Assembly: GCA_964457225.1 (NCBI GenBank)
Contig: CAYWEM010000001.1
Span: 78,012-142,011, forward strand
DNA length: 64,000 nucleotides
Origin: an uncultured Clostridia bacterium
GTDB taxonomy: Bacteria > Acidobacteriota > Aminicenantia > UBA2199
Direction of reading: 5' to 3'
Shown here: positions 55,643 through 64,000 of the stretch, piece after piece
How positions within the stretch are numbered: position 1 is the first letter of the stretch
How the letters are laid out: every line of letters begins with the position of its first letter
The notes under the pieces: model-generated
What the model was told of the DNA's origin: nothing
The model's database searches: none
The model's input: the letters and a program-made list of their open reading frames with translations, nothing else
Made by a program: the position numbers and the translations under genes

Positions 55643-57625
55643 ATGAAAAAAACGAGCTCCTGCCTGGCCCTGCTCTTAACCTGCCTGGCCCCCCTGGCCG
55701 CGGCCAAGACTTTCAGCTCGCCCGACGGCCGCCTGGCCGTCCAGGCGCACCGCAACACCGGGCAGGGGCTGACCGTGTTTTTCGACGGCAAGGAGGCTCT
55801 GGAAATAGGCGGAATGGACCTGGTTTTCCAGGGCGGGCGGGCCGAGCCCGGCGGCCGGCCGCTGGCCCTGCGGAGCAACCGCCTGCGCCGCGAAACCATC
55901 CGGCCCGAAATCCCCCTGCGTCGTTCGCTGATCGAGAGCCGCTTCCGCGAGCTGGTATTCAGCGCCGGACCCGGACTTGAATTACAGCTGCGCCTTTACG
56001 ACCGGGCCCTGGCCTACCGCTTCAGGCTGACCGGCCCCGGCTCCCGCGGGGTTGAGGCCGAGCTGGTCGAATTCCGGCCGGCCGGCGATCCGACCCTTTA
56101 CTTTCCCGAGGAAAAAAGCCTGCAGTCGCATTACGAGGGCCATTACCGGGTACTGCCCCTCAGCGGACTGGAAGAAGGGCGGCTGGCCCACCTGCCCCTG
56201 CTGGCCAGGACCGATTCCGGGCTCAACCTGCTCTTCAGCGAAGCCGATGTCCACGATTACCCCTGCCTGTTCCTGCGCCGCTCGGCCGCCGGCCTGGCCG
56301 GCCTGTTTCCGCGCATCGTCAGCAGGACAGCGCCCCGGGAGCGCGGCCCGGACCGCAATGAAAGCATAGTGGAGGAAGAAGAACTCATCGCCCGGGTCAG
56401 CGGCCCCCGCCCCCTGCCCTGGCGCCTGGTCATGGTCAGCGACGACGACCGTGACCTGCTGGGGCCCGAGCTGGTTTACGAGCTTTCCAGGCCGGCCGCG
56501 CCCGGCACGGACTGGTCCTGGGTGCGGCCCGGCAAAGTGGCCTGGGACTGGTGGAACGCCAACAACCTGTTCGGCGTGCCTTTCCGGTCCGGGCTGAACA
56601 CCGAAACTTACCGGGCCTACATCGATTTCGCGGCCGACTTCGGCCTGGAATACGTCATCCTGGACGAGGGCTGGTCAAAATCAACCCTCGAGGTGCTTGA
56701 TTTCAACCCGGACATCGATGTGCCCAAACTGCTCGCTTACGCGAAAAACCGCGGGGTGGGCATCATTCTCTGGCTGCTCTGGAAACCCCTGGACAACGAC
56801 CTGGAAAACATCCTGGATCAATACGCCGCCTGGGGAGCCAAGGGGATCAAGGTGGACTTCATGCAGCGGGCCGACCAGTACATGGTCAATTTTTACGAGC
56901 GGGTGGCCCGGGCCGCGGCGGCCAGGCGACTGCTGGTAAATTTCCACGGTTCCTTCAAGCCGACCGGCCTGCACCGGGCTTATCCCAACGTGCTCAGTTA
57001 CGAGGGCGTTCGCGGCCTGGAGCATGCCAAGTGGTCCGACCTGGTCACTCCCGGTCACAACCTGCTGCTGCCCTTCATCCGCATGAGCGCCGGGCCGATG
57101 GATTACACCCCGGGAGCCATGGAAAACGCCGGACCGGGTGAATTCAAGGCCCGTTTCAACCGGCCGATGAGCCAGGGCACCAGGGCCCAGCAGCTGGCCC
57201 TGTACGTGGCTTACGAAAGCCTGCTCCAGATGCTCTGCGATTCGCCTTCCCGCTACCGCCTGGAGGAAGAATGCGCCCGGTTCATGGCCCGCATCCCGGT
57301 CAGCTGGGATGAAACCCTGGTCCTGGAAGCCCGGGTCGGAGAATACCTGGTGCTGGCCCGCCGCCGGGGCGACAGCTGGTACCTGGCGGCCCTGACCGAC
57401 TGGACGGCCCGGGAGTTTGAAGTCGAGCTCTCCTTCCTGCCGGCCGGCCGCTTCAGGCTGGAAAACCTGGCCGACGGGATCAACGCCGACCGCCACGCCC
57501 ATGATCATCGCTTCGAAGAAAGCCGGGTTGAAAAAAGCACCCGCCTGGCCCTGAAACTTGCTCCCGGGGGCGGCTGGCTGGGCATCATCAGCCCGGCCGC
57601 CGAAGCGGAATCGGATCTGAAATGA
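55643..57625 (+). CDS. Glycoside hydrolase family 97-like secreted glycosidase
   Basis: Signal peptide MKKTSSCLALLLTCLAPLAAA. TIM-barrel segment EYVILDEGWS, GIKVDFM, NFHGSFKP, typical of GH97. The ORF-track 5' extension was rejected (ATG 55643 with RBS). Confidence 0.6.
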   Translation: MKKTSSCLALLLTCLAPLAAAKTFSSPDGRLAVQAHRNTGQGLTVFFDGKEALEIGGMDLVFQGGRAEPGGRPLALRSNRLRRETIRPEIPLRRSLIESRFRELVFSAGPGLELQLRLYDRALAYRFRLTGPGSRGVEAELVEFRPAGDPTLYFPEEKSLQSHYEGHYRVLPLSGLEEGRLAHLPLLARTDSGLNLLFSEADVHDYPCLFLRRSAAGLAGLFPRIVSRTAPRERGPDRNESIVEEEELIARVSGPRPLPWRLVMVSDDDRDLLGPELVYELSRPAAPGTDWSWVRPGKVAWDWWNANNLFGVPFRSGLNTETYRAYIDFAADFGLEYVILDEGWSKSTLEVLDFNPDIDVPKLLAYAKNRGVGIILWLLWKPLDNDLENILDQYAAWGAKGIKVDFMQRADQYMVNFYERVARAAAARRLLVNFHGSFKPTGLHRAYPNVLSYEGVRGLEHAKWSDLVTPGHNLLLPFIRMSAGPMDYTPGAMENAGPGEFKARFNRPMSQGTRAQQLALYVAYESLLQMLCDSPSRYRLEEECARFMARIPVSWDETLVLEARVGEYLVLARRRGDSWYLAALTDWTAREFEVELSFLPAGRFRLENLADGINADRHAHDHRFEESRVEKSTRLALKLAPGGGWLGIISPAAEAESDLK

Positions 57626-58482
57626 AACCAGGCCAGAAACAAGCCGACCTGATCTACGACATCGGCCTGCACCGGGGCGAAGACAGCGATTACTATCTGC
57701 GCAAGGGTTTCAGGGTGGTCGGTTTCGAAGCCGATCCGGAACTGGCGGCCCATTGCCGGGCCAGGTTCGCCGGGGAAATCGCCGCCGGGCGGCTGACCAT
57801 CATCGAAGGCGCCATCGTTGAGACAATGCCGGGAGAAAGCCCCGGCCGGCCGGTCAGGTTTTTTCGCAACAAAAACATCGCGGTCTGGGGCAGTGCCCAG
57901 GAGGTCTTCGCCCGGAGCAAGGAAAAGCTGGGCACTGAGCTTGAAGTCATCGAAGTGCAGGCGGTTGATTTCGCCGCCTGCCTGCAAGAGCAGGGCATCC
58001 CCCACTACCTGAAAAGTGACATCGAAGGGCTGGACCGGGTCTGCCTGAAGGCCCTGCTGGATTTCGAGGAGCGTCCCGATTACCTCTCGCTGGAATCCGA
58101 AAAAACTAGTTTCCCGGCCCTGCTCGAGGAATTCGAGTTACTGACCCGCCTGGGTTACCAGGACTTCAAGCTGGTCCAGCAGGCAGGCATTTCCCGCCAG
58201 CGGGAGCCCAATCCCGGCCGTGAAGGTCCCTGGCTGGATTATCGCTTCCAGGAAGGTTCCAGCGGCCTGTTCGGAGCCGACCTGCCCGGAGACTGGCTGG
58301 ACCGCGACCGGGCCGTCGAGCAATACCGGAAGATATTCCAGTTGTATCGCCTCTTCGGCGAACACAGCCTGATCAGCAGGTATTTCCCCGGCAAGGTACT
58401 TCGCAAGGCCCTCTCCCTGCTCCTGGGCCGCCCCCTGCCCGGCTGGTACGACACCCACGCCCGCCACATCTCGGCCCGGTAA
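57622..58482 (+). CDS. FkbM-family-like SAM methyltransferase
   Basis: IYDIGLHRGEDSDYYLRKGFRVVGFEADPEL resembles the Methyltransf_21 N-terminus. 4-bp overlap with the GH97 gene. Confidence 0.4.
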   Translation: MKPGQKQADLIYDIGLHRGEDSDYYLRKGFRVVGFEADPELAAHCRARFAGEIAAGRLTIIEGAIVETMPGESPGRPVRFFRNKNIAVWGSAQEVFARSKEKLGTELEVIEVQAVDFAACLQEQGIPHYLKSDIEGLDRVCLKALLDFEERPDYLSLESEKTSFPALLEEFELLTRLGYQDFKLVQQAGISRQREPNPGREGPWLDYRFQEGSSGLFGADLPGDWLDRDRAVEQYRKIFQLYRLFGEHSLISRYFPGKVLRKALSLLLGRPLPGWYDTHARHISAR

Positions 58483-58547
58483 TACTCACAGCCTGCGGCT
58501 CCTTTTCAGTTTGCGGTCGGCCAGGAAGAAGCTCAACTCATAGGAGA

Positions 58548-59453
58548 CTAGAATCCGGAGATAAAATAGAATAAACCCTCCAGGTCAGCGGTCAATTCGG
58601 GGTTTTCGGCCAGCAGGTATTTGATATAACCGGCGCCGCCGGCGTAAAAAGCGGTTCGATTATAGGGCGCTTTCCGGCCCACCAGGTTTTTGCCGATATC
58701 CAGATAATTTCTGATTTCATTCTCGAGGTACAGGGCAAAGCCTTCCTTCCATTCCTGCCAAACCATGTACTGGTAGTCAAAGGGATCCAGTATTTCCTTC
58801 AAACGCTCCCTGGCCTGCAATACGGCCTCCCGGTTCAGTTCATCCAGGGCCTGGATCCAGGCGGTGTAACTTTGTTCAAACCGCTCACAGTCGTAGGGAA
58901 AGGGGTAGTTGATTTCCCACATGTAATCCCGCTTTTCCATGGCTCTTACAGCCAGGGGCAATTTGTCTTTCAGTCCCGGTTCAACGGTATTCCACTGGTG
59001 ACAGTGGATGAACTCGTGAAACATGGTCACATAACCTGCCGTGGAATCGAACACATCACCGCTGACCACGCAGGCGGGCTTGTTGTCGTAGAAATCGAGG
59101 GGAAACGCGGCCCTGACTCCGACGGGCACGGGCATTTTCGTGGGCGCCTTCATTATAAACTGGTATTTTTCGCCGCTTTCATCCAGGTCAAACAGGTAGA
59201 AGTGATCGTTTTCAACCAGGGCGACCGGATGCAGTTCGTTCAGGATGGGATGGAGATGCCGGATGCGCTTTCGGTATTCGAACAACAACTGCAGTTTTTC
59301 AGTATACCTGGCCCTGATTGCGGCCACATCTCCGGATTCAGCTTGATCAAGCGCTGCGGCCGACAAAGAACCAGGTGCGATCCCCTGAAAGAACCAGGGG
59401 CATACTAAAAAAATCATGAACAACACTTTATGGGTTTTTTTCATATTGGCCAT
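58548..59453 (-). CDS. Secreted hypothetical protein with HExxH zinc-metallopeptidase-like motif
   Basis: Signal peptide. MFHEFIHCHQW (HExxH followed by H). Confidence 0.4.
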   Translation of the reverse strand: MANMKKTHKVLFMIFLVCPWFFQGIAPGSLSAAALDQAESGDVAAIRARYTEKLQLLFEYRKRIRHLHPILNELHPVALVENDHFYLFDLDESGEKYQFIMKAPTKMPVPVGVRAAFPLDFYDNKPACVVSGDVFDSTAGYVTMFHEFIHCHQWNTVEPGLKDKLPLAVRAMEKRDYMWEINYPFPYDCERFEQSYTAWIQALDELNREAVLQARERLKEILDPFDYQYMVWQEWKEGFALYLENEIRNYLDIGKNLVGRKAPYNRTAFYAGGAGYIKYLLAENPELTADLEGLFYFISGF

Positions 59454-59521
59454 GGGCTGATGATAAGACTGCCAAGAGAGGCTGTCAAGCGGGTTTGCGG
59501 AATACAGCCCGCCGGGACCTG

Positions 59522-60301
59522 CTAAAATGAGTATTTAACTCCGGCGCGCAGGCCCCAGGTTTGCAGTCCGGCCCGGGTCGCCCTGACTGGAATGGTGATG
59601 ACCTGTTCGCCTCTTTTCAGCAGGCCGTCTCCGGCCGAGCTGACCATCCCGCCGAAATTGCCGTACAGAAATTCAAGGTCGAGGGCCATTCTCCCGGACA
59701 GGGCGAAGGAATTCCCCAGGGACACAGTGTAACAGAAAGAGGTTTTTCGGCCCGGGGGCAGGGCAAAAGTATGGGGTCGGCTGAGTTCCGGAAAAGACAT
59801 TTCAAGCCTTTCGAGCCTGTTTCTCGACCAGCCGGCTCCCAGGCCAAGGTAGGGATCAAACCAGGCCGGTTTGGCGGTTTTAAAGAGCTTCAGAACGTGG
59901 CAGACGACATTCAGGACAAGGGCGCTGGTACTTATTTCGGCCTCAACCGGCTGGTTTTCTCCGGCGTCCGGGTAATTCACCTGCCCCCTATACCTGAGCG
60001 CCGGGCGATTAAGCAGTCCGATTTCCAGGGCCAGGGCCCCGCTGAAGCGGTATGCGGCAAAAAGGTCGAGCGGAACGCCGTTGCCGGCTTTGCCCTCGGC
60101 CCGGTACCCGTCACCGTACACCGGTGTATAGTCCAGGTTGCCGGAATCATGGTCCCGCCAGGTTGCCGGGGCGGCAAATTCGTAACCCGAACTGAGCTTC
60201 AGGTAAAAACCGGCGCCCGGCTGAGCCGGCAGCATCGCAGTCAGCAGTACCAGGCAGGCGGCCCGGATCAGGTTTCCCGGTTTCGGTTTTAATGGCGTCA
60301 T
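59522..60301 (-). CDS. Outer-membrane beta-barrel protein (hypothetical)
   Basis: Signal peptide from MTPLKPKPGNLIRAACLVLLTAMLPAQPG. Alternating amphipathic strands. C-terminal ...GVKYSF with terminal Phe. Confidence 0.45.
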   Translation of the reverse strand: MTPLKPKPGNLIRAACLVLLTAMLPAQPGAGFYLKLSSGYEFAAPATWRDHDSGNLDYTPVYGDGYRAEGKAGNGVPLDLFAAYRFSGALALEIGLLNRPALRYRGQVNYPDAGENQPVEAEISTSALVLNVVCHVLKLFKTAKPAWFDPYLGLGAGWSRNRLERLEMSFPELSRPHTFALPPGRKTSFCYTVSLGNSFALSGRMALDLEFLYGNFGGMVSSAGDGLLKRGEQVITIPVRATRAGLQTWGLRAGVKYSF

Positions 60302-60519
60302 GCGCTCATTATAAGCGGAAAGGGCCCGAATCTCAACGACGAATCGCCGGCGCACGCAGTAATACCGGCCTGGAGCATCCCGGCGGCAATCATGCGGCCG
60401 CACCAGGTTGTCGGGGGTATTGACCGGGCGGGCCGATCAACATATCATTGTCCTGCATGAACCTGAAAAAACCTTTAAAGAACGATGAGCGGCCCCGCTG
60501 GGCTCAGCGCTGAATCAGC

Positions 60520-60864
60520 GTGGAAAACGCCGCCAAACTGCGCGCCGTCAAACTGATCCACACCCTGGTCTGGGCGGTCTTCGCCGGTTCGATCACGGCC
60601 ATCCCCCTGCTGGCCTTCCAAGGCAACCTGCGCTTCGCCTGGGGACTGGTCGCCTTCGTCATGCTCGAGGTCATAGTGCTGGCTGTCAACCGCATGCGCT
60701 GCCCGCTGACCGATGTCGCCGGCCGCTACACCACCGAGCGCCGGGACAACTTCGACATCTACCTGCCGCTCTGGCTGGCCCGCCGCAACAAGGTGATCTT
60801 CGGCGGCCTGTACCTGGCCGGTATCGCATGTACCGCCTGGTTGTCGCTGCTGCCGGCCGCCTGA
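60520..60864 (+). CDS. Small membrane protein of unknown function (GTG start)
   Basis: Three hydrophobic segments. Conserved-looking RCPLTD. Confidence 0.35.
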   Translation: MENAAKLRAVKLIHTLVWAVFAGSITAIPLLAFQGNLRFAWGLVAFVMLEVIVLAVNRMRCPLTDVAGRYTTERRDNFDIYLPLWLARRNKVIFGGLYLAGIACTAWLSLLPAA

Positions 60865-60894
60865 TAACAGGCAAATTTGCAACAGGAGTAAAGA

Positions 60895-61656
60895 ATGACC
60901 CAGCGACCGATTGCACTCGTCACCGGAGCCAGCCGTTCCATCGGCATCGGCGCGGCCATCGCCCGCAGGCTGGCTGAGACCGGCTGGGATCTGGCCCTGA
61001 CCAGCTGGCGGGCCTACGACGCCTCCATGCCCTGGACCGATGACCGCAGCGACCCGGAGCGCCTGCCGGCCGAAATCAGGAGCCTGGGCGGCCGCTGTCT
61101 GTCCCTGGAAACCGACCTGGCCGGTACTGATTCGCCGGCCGCCGTCTTTGAAACGGTTGAAAAATCACTCGGACCGGTCAGGGCCCTGGTCATCAACCAT
61201 TGTCATTGCCTGGAGAGCGACATCCTCTCGACCTCGGTTGAAAGCTTCGATATGCATTTCGCCGTCAATGCCCGGGCCGGCTGGCTGTTGATCAGGGAAT
61301 TCGCCGCCCGCTTCAGATCGGAGCCGGGCACGGGCCGCATCGTGGCGATAACCAGCGACCATACAGCCGGCAACCTGCCCTACGGAGCCAGCAAGGGGGC
61401 CTTGGACCGCATCGTACTGGCCGCGGCCCATGAATTCAGATCACGCGGCATAACGGCCAACGTGATCAATCCAGGGGCCACTGATACCGGCTGGATGAGC
61501 CCGGAACTGCAGGCCGAAGTGAAAAGAATCACCCTGCTGGACCGGATCGGCCTGCCCCGGGACTGCGCCAACCTGGTCGCCTTTCTCTGCTCGGAACAGG
61601 GCGGCTGGATCAACGCCCAACTGCTCTACAGCAACGGCGGCCTGGAATGGTCATAG
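60895..61656 (+). CDS. Short-chain dehydrogenase/reductase (SDR)
   Basis: TGASRSIGIGAAIA (TGxxxGxG). Catalytic YGASKGAL (YxxxK). NPGATDTG. Confidence 0.8.
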   Translation: MTQRPIALVTGASRSIGIGAAIARRLAETGWDLALTSWRAYDASMPWTDDRSDPERLPAEIRSLGGRCLSLETDLAGTDSPAAVFETVEKSLGPVRALVINHCHCLESDILSTSVESFDMHFAVNARAGWLLIREFAARFRSEPGTGRIVAITSDHTAGNLPYGASKGALDRIVLAAAHEFRSRGITANVINPGATDTGWMSPELQAEVKRITLLDRIGLPRDCANLVAFLCSEQGGWINAQLLYSNGGLEWS

Positions 61657-61697
61657 GGGGACTTGTTACAGATTGGCGGAAACCGGTGGAAGATGAT

Positions 61698-61727
61698 TTG
61701 ACATCGGCCGGGCCGCTCCCCTATACT
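61698..61727 (+). promoter_or_regulatory. Near-consensus sigma-70 promoter TTGACA-N18-TATACT
   Basis: Lies 60 nt upstream of ATG 61790. An AAGGAGA RBS follows. Confidence 0.45.
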
Positions 61728-61789
61728 GATCGGAGGAATGCGCCGCGCAGGCCGGCTCCGTAAAAAATCAAGCAAGGAGAACCAAGAGC

Positions 61790-62065
61790 ATGCCGAAGCT
61801 GTTTAAAACCGACATCGCCCCGGAAGCCGATCTGAAGGTATTCGTTTGCGATATTCGTTTCGATGCCGACCTGGTCGTTTTCGAAACCAGCGACGCCTGG
61901 GCGGCGACTGAAGCCCCCATCTGGTACTACACCGGGATCCGCGGCGAAGCGGACAAGATCGTTTACTTCACTGATCAGAAGTTTGAGGCCGACCTGCTGA
62001 TCTATAAAACCGATGTCCAATCGGACGCCGGCTGGCTGAACAACGCCAAGTCCCACCTGCTGTAG
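61790..62065 (+). CDS. Small internally repeated protein (91 aa), unknown function
   Basis: Two to three copies of the ADL-K-V-F-V-x-D-x-x-F-x-ADL-V-x-F-x-T-D module. Strong promoter and RBS. Confidence 0.4.
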   Translation: MPKLFKTDIAPEADLKVFVCDIRFDADLVVFETSDAWAATEAPIWYYTGIRGEADKIVYFTDQKFEADLLIYKTDVQSDAGWLNNAKSHLL

Positions 62066-62174
62066 CCTGCCGGGAAAAACCTTGCCTTGAACTTGACTTC
62101 AGTTGATTCTCACCAGGATCAGCCTATTCCATCTCTTGCCCGCGGATGGGTATTCCCCGACACTCCGCTGTAAT

Positions 62175-63320
62175 TCAGTTTACGCCAGGGTCTCCAGAAA
62201 AATCGAGCTCTTTCAGGAAATCATTCAGGGCAATCATGCTCACTCCATCCCTGGATTTGGGGCGGTGCAGGTTTAATACCGCCTGCAGGGCCCTGGCTTC
62301 AGGAAGCATGCCGTGAAAATGGAAAATGCTCTTGGCAAATGAATCGTCACTTTCCTTGACTTCGACCAGTAAAGCGGGTTTGTGGTCAATAACCGCCAGG
62401 AAATCAACCTCGCGCTGTTGCTTATCCCTGAGGTAATGCAGTGCCACCCGGCTGCCGGTGGTGTCCTCGAGGTAATGCAGTTCCTTGAGCAGTTCCAGGG
62501 CTACCAGGTTCTCCAGGCGGGCGCCTTTTTCACCCTGCACCGCACCGCAATCAAAAAAAAAGTACTTGGTTTCCTTCAGGATACTGCGGGCGATATGCCG
62601 GGAATAAGGTCTGACCGGGAAAATGACATACAGGTTTTCCAGGATCTGCAGCCAGTGTTTGACCGTGTGAATGGAAACCTGCAGATCGTTGGCCAGCGAG
62701 GAAAACGATACGGATTTTCCGACCCGGCCTTTAAGCATTTCGATCAGCAATTCGATTGATTTCACGTCCCTGACCCGCTCCAGGTCAAGCAGGTCCTGCC
62801 TGAGGATAGTGTCCAGGTGAGTTCTGCGCCAGCGCTTTGCATAATTCTCGCTTCCCTTCAAAAAAGGCTCGGGAAAACCGCCGATGGTAACAAGCTTTTC
62901 CAGGATTTCAGTCTCCGGGCCGCAGTCCCGGGCCAGGCATTCCTTCAAGGAAAGCGGATGCAGGCGGTACGAAAAAAAACGACCGGCCAGTGAATCACCG
63001 CCCCGCCTGGCGATGTCGAGCCGAGCCGAACCGGTGACCAGGATGGCCGGTTTTACACCCTCGGTATCGTAAACTCCCTTGATCCATGATTTCCATTTTT
63101 TCATCTTGTGCAATTCGTCGAAAACAACCAGTTCCACATCTCGTCGCCATTCCTGCCGGTTTATTAAAACCCGGTCCGGAGCGGAATCATAATTGAGATA
63201 AGCGCAGGAACTGCACAACTGCCTGGCCAGGGTTGTTTTGCCGACCTGGCGCGGCCCGGAGAGCAGTACCATCTTTTCGGGCAAATCTTTCAAAATGTCA
63301 TTTTTCAGGTATCTTTCCAT
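62175..63320 (-). CDS. AAA+ ATPase with C-terminal DUF4143 domain
   Basis: Walker A LLSGPRQVGKTTLA. Walker B LVVFDELH. Typical ATPase-DUF4143 architecture. Confidence 0.75.
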   Translation of the reverse strand: MERYLKNDILKDLPEKMVLLSGPRQVGKTTLARQLCSSCAYLNYDSAPDRVLINRQEWRRDVELVVFDELHKMKKWKSWIKGVYDTEGVKPAILVTGSARLDIARRGGDSLAGRFFSYRLHPLSLKECLARDCGPETEILEKLVTIGGFPEPFLKGSENYAKRWRRTHLDTILRQDLLDLERVRDVKSIELLIEMLKGRVGKSVSFSSLANDLQVSIHTVKHWLQILENLYVIFPVRPYSRHIARSILKETKYFFFDCGAVQGEKGARLENLVALELLKELHYLEDTTGSRVALHYLRDKQQREVDFLAVIDHKPALLVEVKESDDSFAKSIFHFHGMLPEARALQAVLNLHRPKSRDGVSMIALNDFLKELDFSGDPGVN

Positions 63321-63465
63321 GTGACTATTATGAAGTAATATTCATAATTGTCAAGACTATTATGAAGTTTGCTTCACTTTGGTCAACACGAGATGCAACT
63401 CAAGTCTTGCCGGGTCGCACCCGGCCCTGGCCGGCCGGGTCCGGGTTTTCCCGGTCAAAGCCCCA

Positions 63466-63972
63466 TCAGCCGGGGTTGTTGCGGATGTATTCCCGCAGGT
63501 GTTTTAATTCCCGGTCATTTCGGATGACGTGTTCGTAATAATTGCGTTGCCATAATTTCGCACCGGGGGTTTGATTCAATTCATTGATGCGTTTGGTGAC
63601 GGCGGATTTAAATGATCGAACAATCGTTGGTACGGAACCGGAGACCGGTCGGCCGAATCGTTCCAACGTAGGGGCACGGCGCGCCGTGCCCCTACCATCG
63701 TTGACAATCAAAATACCATGAAAATGGTTGGGCATGACCACCCATTCGTCCAATTCAATTTCATTCCGCATTACGCCGGATTTTCTCCATTCGTCGGCGA
63801 CAATTATTCCGTCATCATTCAATACCATTTCCCCGCCAATGACATCACCGAATATGGATTCCCGGTTCCGGGTGCAAATGGTCAGGAAATACGCGCCAAC
63901 CCGCGAATAATCATATCCCTTCAGGCGGATGGAACGTCGCCTGTGTATTTCCGGGTCGAATTTCTTTGCCAT
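63466..63972 (-). mobile_element. REP-associated tyrosine transposase (RAYT; IS200/IS605-like Y1 HUH transposase)
   Basis: HUH motif MPNHFHGIL. Catalytic Tyr region KLWQRNYYEHVIRND. ~165-aa size. GC-rich nested palindromes (63408-63455) on its 3' flank. Confidence 0.75.
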
Positions 63973-64000
63973 ATTTCAGAGCCCGGCGTGTTGTCAATTC

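Noticed and set aside
54368-57508. Plus-strand 212-aa ORF and minus-strand 275-aa ORF
   Set aside because: Antisense to galM and to the GH97 gene respectively. No independent support.
60580-60600. tRNA T-loop-like string ggttcgatcacgg
   Set aside because: It lies inside a coding ORF with no acceptor/anticodon stem context. No convincing tRNA, rRNA or CRISPR array seen anywhere in the window.

Overview
The window is a 64-kb stretch of a high-GC (~60%) bacterial chromosome with several short low-GC islets, read with the standard genetic code (TAG is used as a stop at 32332 and 36813).

It is mostly densely packed coding sequence:
- (i) A minus-strand glycan-biosynthesis operon of at least 17 kb (1-16923): GT2 and GT4 glycosyltransferases, a giant GT2-GT4-coiled-coil protein, a pyruvyl-transferase-like gene, an SGNH-hydrolase::radical-SAM fusion next to a paralogous radical-SAM gene, NHL beta-propeller and NHL-TPR proteins, and a lipoprotein gene interrupted by an in-frame TAG.
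- (ii) A divergent methyltransferase gene, a beta-lactamase-family serine hydrolase, and rnhA.
- (iii) An RND efflux adaptor/permease pair, followed by a four-ACT-domain protein.
- (iv) A sigma-54-promoted operon encoding a REC-GAF-DHp protein with no ATPase domain, a TPR protein, a PAS histidine kinase and an NtrC-family sigma-54 activator.
- (v) hslV-hslU translationally coupled to a FN3 lipoprotein and a DUF362/ferredoxin protein.
- (vi) lhgO-like oxidase, a tetR/Fe-S/cupin operon divergent from a sodium:solute symporter, and metG.
- (vii) An accessory right half: VanX-like dipeptidase, an S1/PDZ protease, a Tat-exported aldo-keto reductase::Fe-S fusion, a HEPN/MNT toxin-antitoxin pair, a degenerate LytM protein, galM, a GH97 glycosidase, an FkbM-like methyltransferase, a HExxH protein, an OMP, an SDR, an AAA+/DUF4143 ATPase and a REP-associated tyrosine transposase (RAYT) at the window edge.

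The most striking non-coding signal is a ~177-nt, highly structured palindromic element present four times (three full copies at 97-99% identity, one inverted, and one half copy). It is strictly intergenic and behaves like a REPIN/MITE family. A second ~120-bp direct repeat brackets a low-GC single-gene insertion just downstream of metG.

No tRNA, rRNA or CRISPR array was recognised. All calls rest on reading the sequence and the supplied ORF translations; no database search was run.
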